From contig OZ249436.1 in assembly GCA_965235115.1 (NCBI GenBank), positions 41,790,001 to 41,854,000 on the forward strand: DNA of 64,000 nucleotides. Direction: 5' to 3'. Position 1 is the first letter of the stretch. Each line of letters begins with the position of its first letter. Made by a program: the position numbers and the translations under genes. This document shows, piece by piece, positions 35,801 through 49,488 of this stretch. Below the pieces are notes generated by a model. It saw nothing but the letters and a program-made list of their open reading frames with translations. It was not told where the DNA came from and did not search any database. This stretch comes from Laetmonice hystrix. Its lineage: Eukaryota.

Positions 35801-38800
35801 TTGAATAAATTTGTGTTCCTTTGGTTCAAATAACGTTGTTGTTATTTCAAGTAAGTATTTCGAGATTAGTTTTAATGAATTATATTCTTAACAAGTCTGT
35901 ACCACCGAAATCTGATACCAAAGTTTACAGCGCACATTGGATGTCAATGTTATAAATACGATATTCGTGGGGGTGGTGTGTATCGTCGTGTGTTTCTCAT
36001 ATCGTTATCATGATTTTTTTATGATATTCATGTTCGCACGTAGAGTTAAAAAGGAATATAACACCGAGGAACGTTCTTATAAATTCAACGTTATCAATTT
36101 TATTTTTCATTTGATAATCCTAACGTCAGACGTCAACGAACGAACGAGCGATCTTCAACGTTGGTCTCTGAGGTCCACTATTTCTGGGGCTGTGATTTTT
36201 AAAGGCTTTTACCGACGACACTGAGACACTGCGACTACGCACGTACGGTAAAGCTTCGCCTGCATCACTAGGCGATAGCAAATTGTGACTGTAAAAAGCT
36301 ATTTCCAATGCAGAAGGTCGTTGGGAGCGTCTGGCTGGTCGACCTCAATCAGACAAGGACTTCATTACGAGCCCCCTTCCTGCAGCCACTTCGATCACAT
36401 TGTGGGATTTTCAGAAAGCATTCGCGGCGGAAATCAAACGCGGAAGTACCGAATGTTCCAAGGAAATACAATAATATCCCGCTTTGTTTGGTGACCCCAT
36501 CAACGTTGGCCGAGAAAGGCCGTGCGTACGACCCAGTTCTCAACCCGTTCATTCCACGGGCCGCCGGACAGGACGCACACGGAATGAGACTGAGGATTTA
36601 ATCGACTCGGTACAAACGGGCGACATGCCTACATACTATTCATTGCATAGAACATTGCTCACCGAAACTAATTATTTTTTTAGATGGCGCCATCGCATAT
36701 CTCAAAGCATAGAATATATCCCTACTTTATTAAACTACTCGTTGGCAGACAAGGGGAAATCAGGCTCAGATATGGCGTCTAGGTTCTCAATAATCATGAT
36801 TTGATTAAAAGGTTGGGGGGATGTCAAATCATCATCCCTGAAGAAAGAGTCAGTCAGTCTGGTTTTCACTTACTCGAATTGGACATTCCAGTTACCATTT
36901 TAGGCCCTACTTTGGATTACAAGTATTTTTTGACAATCTGTGTGCACTCCTGCCCAGCATATTTATAGTAGAGTATTCCAGTCTTTGTTTCGAAGTATGT
37001 TAGTGTACATGTACTGTGCGTTTCCATGCACTTTCCGACTGATAACGCCCAAGGGACACTACAAGCAGGTTAATCACTACAGGTACTATAGTGCCAATCA
37101 AAACCTAAGCGACGCCCAGTCTCCGCCCCATTCGATTCAGCACCACGACTGACACGGGACCAACCAACTGTGATTATGCCCCTATCCGCCATTGTTGTGC
37201 ACAAAGTGCATATTTACGATAATCGAACTAATTTTCAATATATACGACAATCAAACAACCTACGACAATCGCAGCAACTGACCTCTTCCTTCTGAGGTTG
37301 ATACGATACGCCGGTGTCACATCTAATACCTACCCCCCCCCCCCCCCGGTACATATTATTTAGAATACCCTCCCCGGTCACTATTATCTAGATAATAGTG
37401 ACCCCGCCCCCTATATAAACTGCTGCCCAAAGCATCCGTATTAAAAATTTATACTTACACGTTTAATTCAAATCAAATAATTTTGATGTAAGACAGCCAC
37501 CAACAAAAAGAACTATATCTCTCAGCCAAAACTCGCTGTGTATACCTACGCCGGCGTACTGTAGGTTCCGTGCAGAATCCGTACGTAAAGCTTCAAAAAA
37601 TGGCAAGGTCGTATTCAGTTGTGCATACGACCTCGGTTCCAAATGTTCCACTCCCTACTTTGCCCACCTTCGGCGTGTGGCGTACGGGTTTGCTAGTATA
37701 TTCATCAACGCAACCCCACTAACATGAGATAAATATCATGTTTGCTCCTCAGAATTTGAGTTTGAGATGTTGAATATTTACAGGGCCGTTCCATGTACAG
37801 GCTTTGTTTGCATTCCCAAATTGGCATATCCGCGTAGGATTATGTAATGGTCCGTTTCGTTCAGTAAATAGTATGTGAAAATAGGGGTCAAATATTTCTG
37901 AATCGGTGACGGGACATGTGTTCCTCACTCTAACATAAATGCTACCAATGGATTCCTACTGACGATGGTGTAGAGGCCCGCTTTTAGAAGACCAGCTCAC
38001 TTGGACAAAAAGTGCGATGTTTCATGGGGAACGATTATTATTTTATAATTATTAGTTTGTTACTGAATTTAATTCAAATTTTCTTATCATTAAAACATTA
38101 CAAGGAAACTAGAAATCCCTAGTTTTGACATGTTCACGAAAAGCTTTTTGAAGAAGATAAAATTGGTTGTCCATTAGTAACCCGAATACCTTGCTAAAAG
38201 AAAATTATTTGATCATTTATCGTTGGTCCTAAATGTTGCCCTCGGGGGAAGAGGACCTGATACTGCCCATTTCAGAGTCTGCATCAAAACCATTACAGCC
38301 ACTTCTTTTCTGTCCTCCTTATGCATAATCCTTCGCCCTTTCCAAAGAGAAATTTAAGCCGATTCATTCATTTTCCCCGAAGCGTGCATGATTGACTGAT
38401 TATGGATTGATTCATTATCTGATTGAATTATTAAAGCGTCGTTAATTGTCCGTGTCTGTTTACGCCAATTCTTTCTGCAATTATTTTACGTAGGCCGGAA
38501 CTTTAACAGTTTCTAAAGTAGGCCCCCCTGCAATTATTTCATTCATAATGTAGGCCGCATGCACTTAGCTTAAACACCTTTGATTACGCTCCCCTGCCTC
38601 ATCAATTTCCAACATCGGAGGTCGTTATAATGGGGCGGACAAATTGGTGGGCGTGGGTGTCTGTGTCCGCCCGCTGGTCTCACTGCCTACTGTCAGACCC
38701 GGCGGCATCGTTTCCGGACAGAGACACTTCATTTATATCAAGATCTATATATTCGTCCCGTAGCTCCATTCAGCAAATCAGGATGCCTGATGTCCCCGGA

Positions 38801-39585
38801 TTTATTTATCTCGGCTATATAACGACAGCAAACTGGTCTTGAGTCCGAGCTAATAAATGGCACTATATAACGCAGATATTTACCATTTTATATCTCTCCT
38901 TGGGTAGTGGAGAATCATCTAATGTGAATCAATTGAGCGGCGAAATCACTTGATGACTTACCCAGATTTAAGGTATAGACTGAAGTTAAGGGCCGTATAC
39001 ACACCAAACTGACCGACTGGCCAATTCTGAGAATGGATGCATATGGTTGCCCTAGTACACTTAATGTAGTAGGTAATAATGAGCTATCTTAAAACATACA
39101 AATATACTTGTGTATTACAGTATACGTAATATTTCTATTGTTGTCAACTATGGCATGCAAATCATGAAGTTTAAAGCTGCAGATGAAGTTCCTCAAAAAG
39201 TTACCTATTACCCTCAGCAACACCATGTCAACATTTCATGTTTGAATGATTAGTAAAAGTTTAGACAAATAGAGTTACAACTGGCCGTCCCGTTACCGTT
39301 CGGACCGAACGCTATCTCCGCGGTGAGGCTCAAAGTTAACTTTTTCAGGAATTTCATCTCCAGCTTTAATATATTAAAATAGCCTATATGGCCCTCACAC
39401 ATGTATGCCGATTCCAAAATGTTTGGTGAGTGTGGCAATATTCGGTGATGCTCTACAAAGTAGATATTTGTCTATAATTAGGTATGTTTCTGCCAAACAA
39501 CATAACGCAGGAAATACATGATACAGTATTATCTAAACTAGGCCTATAGACGGAGGTGCTGGTTTCAATTATAGCAGCCTCATGG

Positions 39586-39822
39586 GAGTCAGTGAGTGAA
39601 TAGTTGGTGTTTTAACGCCCAGTCAGCGGTATTTCAGCTATATCAGGGCGAGAAGTTTGAAATATCAATTGTGTGATAATGATGAGATGATAGGAAGAAC
39701 GCCGTGCACCGGGGCCAACCCCTACTCTTTTCGATAGATCCCAAGGGAGCTTTAACGTGCCTCTCTACACAGACGTATGATGCCACGGCCGGCCTTTAAT
39801 AAAGGTAGCAGTCGGCAGCACT
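39586..39822 (-). mobile_element. SINE fragment with Deu/Nin-like central domain and (ACTC)n tail
   Basis: Minus strand reads gcacgttaaagctcccttgggatctatcgaaaagagtaggggttggccccggtgc, matching the Deu/Nin core (TAAAGATCCC..GGCA..TATCG.AAGAGTAGGGG..CCCCGG). Homologous to 53591-53822. Confidence 0.7.
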
Positions 39823-40439
39823 ATAGCAGCAGCATGGTAAAAGTTAGGAGAGTGCGGAGTAAGAGGGCGGGGGTGTTGTACCGTCCCCTGGTAAATATAA
39901 GTGAATTAAAACGCCGTCTTGTCCCTTGCGGTGTATGGCTCTGCAGTCCGTCGACGTAATCAGTACAAACATAATGCCACGCTCTGTTGGAGAAGTACTG
40001 CTGGCGCCTATGACGCCAGGGAGCTACACACCTGCTGGATTGGGAAGAAATACAATTATAGAGTCGGCAGCACATCTTGTGTTTTCGCTGCACGACCTGA
40101 TGATAGGAATTATTTCGCAGATAAAGGGAACATAAACATTTAAGGATAAAACGGATGCTCTTGAATGTTATTTAAAGATTGAATTCATCATTATAGATGA
40201 GAACATAAGTGAATTTGATTGGGGATAAAATACCAACCTTGATTTTGCAAAACTCGATAGCAGTTGAGTACTGGGAATTCTGATCCTATTTACCAGGAAG
40301 CAGCTGTACAACGACTCACCAACAAAATGACTTCACAATGTATCCTTTTTATGTCATCCCTGACTCGAAGAGATCACATAATAATAGCAACGCTCTCTCT
40401 GTCAAATCTCTCTGCCACTGCCTGTCTGTGTATATGTCT

Positions 40440-40560
40440 TGGTATCTGTCTGTCTGTCTGTCTGCCTGTCCTATCTGTCTCTCTCTCTTTCTCTCTCTTT
40501 CTCTCTCTCTATCTCTCTATCTCCCTCTCTTGCTCTCTCTCTCTCTCTCTCTCTCTTTCT
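40440..40560. repeat. (CTGT)n/(CT)n microsatellite
   Basis: Directly visible; explains the SLSLSL / ERERER ORFs. Confidence 0.95.
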
Positions 40561-42147
40561 ATCCGCGATCTCTCGATCATTCACCTCGCCCAGACGAAGC
40601 CACAAATAGGATTCGTGCGAAACCAAACATCCCAGGCCAAATGTACACGCCACAGCGGAGTCCAATAAGCAGCAGATACGGAGGGCGATGACCTCTCTAC
40701 CAACGAGCAACTATTTATATTAGGGAATCATCCGACGGTTCGTCCACGCTCGACCTGTCGACTGGCATGGAATCAATGGCTGCACAGTGTTAACAGTTTG
40801 GCTGACAGACACTTTCACCAAACAACAGTATGTCAGAGTATATTGAAAGAGACTAATTGTTCTACGGATCACATATCTAAATCTAAATGATCTTAGATAA
40901 GTATTTAAAGAGGCATTCGAACGATACATTCATATTGTGTGGAGTCTGTGGACGTTTGCTGGAGCGCAAAACTCCAGATTAAGACATGTCGTAAGACATG
41001 TCGTAATTTCTGTTGGCAGGGTACCGGCGTGTGACGGTGCCTGTCACCAAAGCATTCGGCGGCAGTTTATTACGAAAAATATGAGTTCTCAAAACGTAAG
41101 TCCTTAGGATACAATTATTGTAGTACCTCAACATCAATTAATACATCTTTGTTGTCAGTTATGAGCGACATTTTTGTACATATAAATGCAACAAATACTC
41201 CCCTTGTAAATGCTTTAGACTATTGCAGAAATACAACAAACTATGCCTGGCTGTGGATGACAGCCATTAAACTCTCATGTTTATATAAGGATATTGAGAC
41301 CTCCGAATTCTATTGTCCCTTTCATTTTCAGTTGCACAGACGAGTTGCCACATCCTTACAGCATCTGGCGGAACAGCGGGAAAAGATGATTTCTATTTCG
41401 TCGTCCGGCGGGGACATTTAGGTGCAGAATCCAACACGCGATCCAGGCAGTGCTCGAGCCACAAATACAAATACAAGGACAGAAGGTCATTGCTAACAAA
41501 CCTACCGCAACAGGTGTGAGAAACAGGTGTGTGATATGCTTCCCCTGTCCCATTCACTTTTCATTTTTGATTATGTGATTACGATGTTCATCCCGTCTAT
41601 TCCCCTCCTTTGATTAAGCCATTTTCACATTATGAAATCTAAATGCACTCCCATCCCCCTCACAGAAGGAACCTAAGGTGACGGCTACCAGCCGGCAAGA
41701 GAAACGGAGGCACAGCTGCATCTAGAGGCAGAGTCTGACAACGAGCTCTTCCCGTCATCGCAAAGTAGCGCAGCCCGCAAGAGACGTTGCCCCCTCCGTC
41801 ACAAGGGGAAGGAAGAAACAGAATATTCGATACTTGGTTTAATATTTCGACTGTACACTCATTATGTTAGGAGCAGTAATAAATGAGTTGAGACGTTAAC
41901 GGCAGTTTTTCTTGTCATCACTATTAATATAGATTATCAATTACATTGGCATCTACGTATCTTTTTAGCCAACGCAATATTCTTAGTATATGCTTCATAA
42001 TGAACAATATTCATCCACAAAGCGCCCCAGGAGTGTATCAGGCTGAACATGAGGACCTATAGGGTCGTGTCTCCGAAGATATACCTTGGGATTCCTCTTA
42101 TGCCCCAATACTACCGCCATTTTGTCCTCTGTTACGTTTTTCATATG

Positions 42148-42365
42148 CCCTTACAAAAAAAGCACCATTGGTTACCATTTGAATGGTGTTATGAAACACG
42201 GCCTTGAGGGTAATCATTTATAAATAAACAAAGTACCATGTCAAACCATTATTACTATTCATTAACCATTTGAAAGGTGTTATGAAACACGGTCAATTGG
42301 TATCACAACCATACCATTTGAATTCGCATTGTTTGTGTGTGTGTGTGTGTTTTTTTTTGTAAGGG
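42148..42365. mobile_element. MITE with CCCTTACAAAAAAA terminal inverted repeats
   Basis: cccttacaaaaaaa ... ttttttttgtaaggg, with internal repeated accatttgaa motifs. Confidence 0.65.
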
Positions 42366-42971
42366 TAACAACCGATACCCCCTAGTGGTGTCGCTCATTG
42401 GTATAGCTATTTCTGTCGTCCAGAACCTACGACAAGTTTAAGGACAAGTTTATGCAACAGAAACGACACCCCCGCCCGTCCGCATTGAAACCTGCCGTTC
42501 ACAGTGACATTAAGATTTTGAAACACAAACATGTCGTATGGGACATGTTTTGATGTCGTTAGAAAAATGTCGTCCGATTATGAAACGGCCCCTAATCAGA
42601 GGAGACGAAAGACCGGACTGTACTTATCTCTGAATCCCTTAAATACTGGTACAAAGCTAATAAAAAGAAGAAGAAAAAGGTTAAGACCTACTGGTACATA
42701 AAGTACGTTACAATATATGCATTTCTTCATTTATAAAATAATGCAGGGAAAGAAAAGTCAAATATTTTAAATTGTCCCGTGGGAATCCTACCACATCCCC
42801 CTGGGGTGTCGCCATGCAGTTAGCACAGTATTACTGTCGCCCGATTTCTGTAATTAATCGTGCCATTATTTTCTTATGAAACAGCAGGTTACTACAGGAA
42901 ACCCATCCGTAGTTGTTCCGATCGTGTGACACTACTTTTATGAGACACGACAGCATCGTACGACACAGTAG

Positions 42972-43163
42972 TTATACCGTTGACACACCGACGCTCCAAT
43001 GCACTTCAAATCGCTTCAAGTCGCATTGATACGGTTCGTGACACACTCAACACGGTTCTCAATGCGCATTGAATCGCATTGAACTCAAACCACATCCATA
43101 TGTGGATTCAATGAGCATCGAAGTGCATTGACAAAAACCGTTTTTGGTGTGTCAACGGTATAA
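42972..43163. mobile_element. MITE with 18-bp terminal inverted repeats
   Basis: ttataccgttgacacacc ... ggtgtgtcaacggtataa, with inverted internal caatgcacttc/gaagtgcattg. Confidence 0.75.
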
Positions 43164-43965
43164 GTCGTTCGACTAACTACACCGGTTTAAGAAACATGTC
43201 CATGTACCCCCATGTCTCCACAGGGATAAGCAATCAACGCAGATTTGATTGTTAGCTCGTTCAGACTGCCCAATCTAGACAAAGATGCCGAGAGAGCTCT
43301 TCAGACAGACAGGGAAAGAGGACGGATACGATATGCCTAATCTGCTTTCGCTGGAGTTGATTTACATGGACCTTAAAATGACCATCAGCAGACGTCCAAA
43401 TCACAGCATCAACGATAGCTCTCCTAATTAGGAAACCTAATTGTCTGCTTCCGTCCATTATTCAGATTTCTTGCAAGGCAGCGCCACGTACGTAATGGTT
43501 ATCTTACTGACAAAGTGTCACTTTGTTCAATAAACTGAAGAACCACAATAACAAATTAATAAAACTTTTTCTCTGCTATCTGCCATCTGGCATCTGCCTT
43601 GCCAATACTGTTGACTGTCGATTTTTCTGAAAGGAGAGAGCTGCGAACGAATTCATCTAAAACTGGGAAGCTGTGAACCTGAAAGCTCCCCCGTAAAACT
43701 ATAGAAATGTATCGAATTGCGCCAATCCATCCATTTCTAAGCATTTACTGGGGATGGCACTTAATACACACACTGCTCTGAATTAACCTGGGAAAAATAG
43801 CAAATATAATGAAAAATCCCAATACGATCTACTAGTTTCAACCCTAGTGGAACGAGCGTTATGATTGACTCATTGGCCGCCCAGTCGTGTGCGATCCAAG
43901 CATATAATTATTTGAACATATACCAAAATACAAAAAAAAGCTTGACAACTGAATTGCTCTGGAGA

Positions 43966-44188
43966 ACTATAGGGTGCCAAGTGTTACCTTTATAATTTCG
44001 AAATTCTTTTTCGTAAACGAAATTATAATTTCGTACACGAAATTCTTTTTCGTAAACGAAATTATAATTTCGTACACGAAATTTTTTTTCGTAAACGAAA
44101 TTATAATTTCGTACACGAAATTCTTTTTCGTTTACGAAAAGGATTTTCGTGTACGAAATTATAAAGGTAACACTTGGCACCCCATAGT
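43966..44188. mobile_element. Palindromic MITE with internal ~39-bp tandem subrepeats
   Basis: actatagggtgccaagtgttacctttataatttcg ... cgaaattataaaggtaacacttggcaccccatagt. Explains the YTKFFFVNEIIIS ORFs. Confidence 0.8.
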
Positions 44189-44303
44189 GAACATGTCTCT
44201 ACGTTCAGCGATCTGTCACATATCGTACGAAATGTTACACTTATTCCCTTTCAGACACTGCACAATGCCAGCATCAACACATAGGTCTAACCTCACTGAG
44301 GAA

Positions 44304-44731
44304 CTGGGTCGGGGCCCATAAATTTTTGCCTAAAAATTGACGTAGCGTTGACGTAAGAAGTAGAATGTTACTTCTTATACCGATTTGACGTAGGTCCGCC
44401 TCCGTCCAAATGGAGAGCCTCGGTAGGGACTTTTCTTTGGCGTGATGTGGGCCTTTATTTCAACGCTACATCAATTTTTATTAAAACTTTAATGGAACCA
44501 CATAGAGTATGTTCCTCGTGCCACCATGAAACTTCATATATGTTGATGTAACATTATAAACTACATTAATTCAAAGTTTCTTATATTAATTCTTATTTTA
44601 GGAAGTTACGCAGGCAGGCTCCACCTGCGTAGAAATAAGCCCCTTACGTCAGTTACGTCGATTACTTCTATTTGACATAAGTGATTATGGGCTTCTAAAT
44701 TCTGACGTAACATTTATGGGACCCGACCCAG
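44304..44731. mobile_element. MITE with 20-bp terminal inverted repeats
   Basis: ctgggtcggggcccataaat ... atttatgggacccgacccag (1 mismatch). Confidence 0.7.
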
Positions 44732-45080
44732 ATATACCTTCATCCACACATACACATGTATGGGGCCATGCCATGCCCAACAAACCTGCAATTTCTATAT
44801 GTGGGTCTGTGACCGCGGAAAATTCCAGAGGACACAGCCTGCCAAACGTGATCATACTATCTGTGCGGACGAGACTGTGTGATCTTACATGTAAATGTTA
44901 TTGGGGAAAACAAAATTATGTCGTTTGCAAATTAATAAAATATTTATGGCCTGAATAACTCCGTAGTTAACTAGGGGTTTCCTGTTACTTCTAAAGAACC
45001 AGCTGATAATGACCGATTGAATGTAGAAACGGGAACTCGGCAAGCAGCCAGGCATCATGCGGAATTCGGTACAGTCGGAG

Positions 45081-45195
45081 ACAAACACTGACTTTGAATC
45101 GGACAAACACTGACCTTGAATCGGACAAACACTGACCTTGAATCGGACAAACACTGACCTTGAATCGGACAAACACTGACCTTGAAACGGACAAG
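45081..45195. repeat. 22-bp minisatellite, about 5 copies
   Basis: Unit acaaacactgaccttgaatcgg. Confidence 0.95.
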
Positions 45196-46393
45196 TGTCT
45201 CCCGTTTTTAGGATTTACTGCCTCTAATTACGAGTCTATCGATTATTTTCATTATGAAAACAGAGCAAGTTGAATTCAGTAAGAAATATTCTTCAAATGA
45301 TTACTACATTTCCTCTTCATAAGTTTATTGCAAGCCCTTCATTCCTGAAAGTGCCACCATTTTTGTTTTTTGAGTGTTTTGGGACATCAAAAGTTGAGGG
45401 CGAGAGATTCAAGGAGAGGCCGAATTATCTTTGATTAAGTGATTGACTGAGTTTCATGCTTTGAGCAAGCGGTTTGAATCGCATGCTCTCCATTCCCCAA
45501 ACTACCCCCTCAACCCCCCCCCCCCCCCCAATCCTCAACACTTCGGCTCAAGTCTCACCTCGGTGTATTAATGTAGAGACTGTGGATACCGTACACATTC
45601 GAACTAGATCATCTACATACAGATAGACGACAGGTGGCTGACAGTAACTGAAAGTATTGACGTCAAGGGAATGTGTCGATGGTACGATGGCAAGTTCCTC
45701 TTGTAACAATGGTGGTATTCACAACAAATATTATAATGAAACACATCCGTCACATAGTTTATGTGTTCCCTGGCTTGCCTTCTCCTGAATCATTTTATTC
45801 TATCAATTTTCAATTCCACACAAGGTAGCACATCGCACAATTCCCATGGCCATTTCGTAGATCTATTACTAAACTTAGACCTGGGAAATACAATGTAGAC
45901 GCTCATCTATCAGCCGAAATGCACTGGCAAACGATTTCCAAGAAATTTAGTAGAATAACCAAAGTTTCTGGAAAGAATAGATCAAATCATCGATTGACTG
46001 ATAGATCAGTTTTAGTACGGAATACATAGTCGCATTGACATTAACGATTGTGTGCGGAAGTTGAGATTATACACGCCTGACGAAAGATTCGAGGACCAGC
46101 TTTCATCGGACTCTAGCCTCCCAAGGGGCAATAACATGCATCACATCAGGTACATTGTGGAAGAGATTGAGGTTTTCGGGATTGTTTGTACTTCGTCAAA
46201 AACACAAAAAATGGATTCCATGGAGATAACAACGCAGCATGATGATTTAACCTACATAAAGGGAAATTCTCGTCATGGAAATTCCTCTAAATTCAATTCC
46301 ATGAAAAACATTCAAACATCCTAAACCCTTATTTGAATTCAATGCAATGCAGTACTTCATTAACAAAGATTAACCCAATGTTCCTAATTTTGT

Positions 46394-46725
46394 GGCCATC
46401 AATAAACAGCGAACTGAACGAACTGAGCGAACTGAGATGGATTAGTCGTGCTACAAGCCAGTGAGTTCAGGTATGACGTCACAGCCGGAAGTTATTGCCT
46501 ATTTTACAACAATTTTGGGATTAAACTAACACTAACCCTAGACCTAACCTTTACCCTAACCCAAACACACTGTTTCGTGTCGGAATTAGTCAAACTAATT
46601 TAGGTCGGCTGTTTCCGTGTTGGTGTCAATAGCCAGTCCCTATGGGGAATCCCCCCAGGCATAACATGACGATCTGAGTTCGCTCAGTTCGTTCAGTTCG
46701 TTCAGTTCGCTGTTTATTGATGCCC
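46394..46725. mobile_element. Mutator/MULE-type MITE with 9-bp TSD
   Basis: TAATTTTGT|GGCCATCAATAAACAGCGAACTGAACG ... CGTTCAGTTCGCTGTTTATTGATGCCC|TAATTTTGT. Contains degenerate internal (CCTAAC)n. Confidence 0.8.
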
Positions 46726-48149
46726 TAATTTTGTCTACCACAGGCGTGTTGCCTGTTGACGAAAACATCCGAACTTTGCCGAAGAAACCGCCGAAATGTG
46801 CCATCTGTTCAAGGGGTCTCATCACTGCGACTTATGACTTTCCGATCGCCCGTCCTAAGGGGCTCAAAAGTTCTCTCTCGGTCACATTGTTGTAACAATC
46901 ACATGAGCTGTGGAATTTACAAAGGGCTCAACTTTCGTGCCCTTGCAGATAATTGACGGGGTTACATAATCCAACACAAGGAAATGAATCGTACCGACAG
47001 ACAACGTCATTCTATTGAAGCTTAAAGAAGGTAATGGGTGAGGGCGTTTTCAAAATTGAATACTTATCTGTGCACATCCCAAATCCTCACAGGGAATAAT
47101 TAATTTTACATTCCCTGTAACTTCGACGGTCTTCACAGCTTTCGAGCCAGCGATGTGAGATATAGTGAAACGTAAGAGCTGTCATTTTTTTACTAATAGT
47201 CACGTAGTCCCTGCACAGCTGGTATACTTAAACAATGCAACTTGTTTCAAGCACCACTAACAAGGATTGATTTTTTCTTCAGTTCTAGAAAAGTGGATTA
47301 CTTATGCCTAGAAATTGTATAAAAGAATCATTGATACAGTCATGTGTGCATTTTAATACATCTATCATCTATAGTAAATTAAGTGTTGCTAGGCACCGGC
47401 TTTGGAATATTAATGATCTAGTCAATTAGTATCTAAACACTCTCCTGACAGAAACTATCTCATAAATAGCATCTTAGCCGCCTTGTTTCATCTGCGCAAG
47501 GCAAAACTCGGCGAACCACTCTCTTTTTGATTGTACACTGCTTTATGTCTACTGGATTTATTGTTCATGTCACGTATTTGCTACCTGTCCTTAGAGGGCC
47601 TCACCCAGAGAGTTTTTGTATAGCCGTTTCACCAATCAGATCTTTGAGAGAATAGTACTAAATTCTACCACGCAAATTGCTAGTAAAACAGCGCGGCCCT
47701 GAAAAATCGACGGGGCTTGGAAGTCTGCAGGTCGACTGCAGCTCCACACGCACGAGTTGACCTAGTAGTCCCCGGCGAGTCGTGCTGTCCCAGAATCGGT
47801 ATCTGTGTAACACCCCCTTAAAGGGAGGCTCATTTGGTCTAAACCCGCAGAAGTGGATTTTTCATAGAGTATTGATTGTTTCTAGACAGTTTAGACACAT
47901 TAAAAAAACTATTGGCACTACTATAGAGACGTATTAGCGCCGATTTCCACGAGATTCGATAATCTTTTGACAGCTCCTTGTCTCAAAGGGCCCGCCCACT
48001 GAAGGCACGTGGCGTGTGTTTACTAACGTGACTCCTAGACTTATACTACGCGCATGCGCGTTAGGTTTGTTTTGGACGGAAGCGGCTCCGAGAACGGTTA
48101 TGGCGGCCGGCGTTCCCCCGGGCTGTAGACTATAAAGAAATAGTTATAG

Positions 48150-49488
48150 TGTATTTTTCTTTTGAAATGCACGGGCATCAGGGGTAACCCAATTACTTTT
48201 CTACAGGAATCGAACCCAGGCCCTAAGATTACTGCACCCATTCGCATAGCATAAGGTGTCGACATCCATGCCCACTAGGCCACCGCCACTCCCCTAAAAA
48301 AGGAGCTTTGGTGGTCGAGCAGGACAATGGACCCTCCCCCCTACACACATCTTTTTGAAATGAGACGGAATCCATATTTTCCTAGTTAGAGCTACACATG
48401 ATTTCTACCGAACATTGACTGTTAAGGTAATCCTGGCACTGGCGTAGACTGTATTTTTCTTTTGAAATGCACGGGCATCAGGGGTAACCCAATTACTTTG
48501 ACAATGTCCCTAAAGAGAAAAGTTGTATAGTCCTCTACAGGAATCGAACCCAGGCCCTAAGATTACTGCACCCATTCGCATAGCATAAGGTGTCGACATC
48601 CATGCCCACTAGGCCACCGCCACTCCCCTAAAAAAGGAGCTTTGGTGGTCGAGCAGGACAATGGACCCTCCCCCCTACACACATCTTTTTGAAATGAGAC
48701 GGAATCCATATTTTCCTAGTTAGAGCTACACATGATTTCTACCGAACATTGACTGTTAAGGTAATCCTGGCACTGGCGTAGACTGTATTTTTCTTTTGAA
48801 ATGCACGGGCATCAGGGGTAACCCAATTACTTTGACAATGTCCCTAAAGAGAAAAGTTGTATAGTCCTCTACAGGAATCGAACCCAGGCCCTAAGATTAC
48901 TGCACCCATTCGCATAGCATAAGGTGTCGACATCCATGCCCACTAGGCCACCGCCACTCCCCTAAAAAAGGAGCTTTGGTGGTCGAGCAGGACAATGGAC
49001 CCTCCCCCCTACACACATCTTTTTGAAATGAGACGGAATCCATATTTTCCTAGTTAGAGCTACACATGATTTCTACCGAACATTGACTGTTAAGGTAATC
49101 CTGGCACTGGCGTAGACTGTATTTTTCTTTTGAAATGCACGGGCATCAGGGGTAACCCAATTACTTTGACAATGTCCCTAAAGAGAAAAGTTGTATAGTC
49201 CTCTACAGGAATCGAACCCAGGCCCTAAGATTACTGCACCCATTCGCATAGCATAAGGTGTCGACATCCATGCCCACTAGGCCACCGCCACTCCCCTAAA
49301 AAAGGAGCTTTGGTGGTCGAGCAGGACAATGGACCCTCCCCCCTACACACATCTTTTTGAAATGAGACGGAATCCATATTTTCCTAGTTAGAGCTACACA
49401 TGATTTCTACCGAACATTGACTGTTAAGGTAATCCTGGCACTGGCGTAGACTGTATTTTTCTTTTGAAATGCACGGGCATCAGGGGTA
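48150..49488 (-). repeat. Four tandem copies of a 334-bp unit carrying a tRNA-like Pol III promoter (SINE-head-like)
   Basis: Unit starts at 48150, 48450, 48784, 49118, with a short partial at 49452; the first copy has a 34-bp deletion. Minus strand: A box TGGCCTAGTGG ... B box GGTTCGATTCC ... TTTT. Confidence 0.85.

Noticed and set aside
35546..36804. Group of short overlapping ORFs
   Set aside because: No motif recognised in any frame and no consistent exon chain.
48190..48300. Functional tRNA gene in the 334-bp unit
   Set aside because: A and B boxes are present, but I could not build acceptor or anticodon stems and the T-stem pairs weakly.
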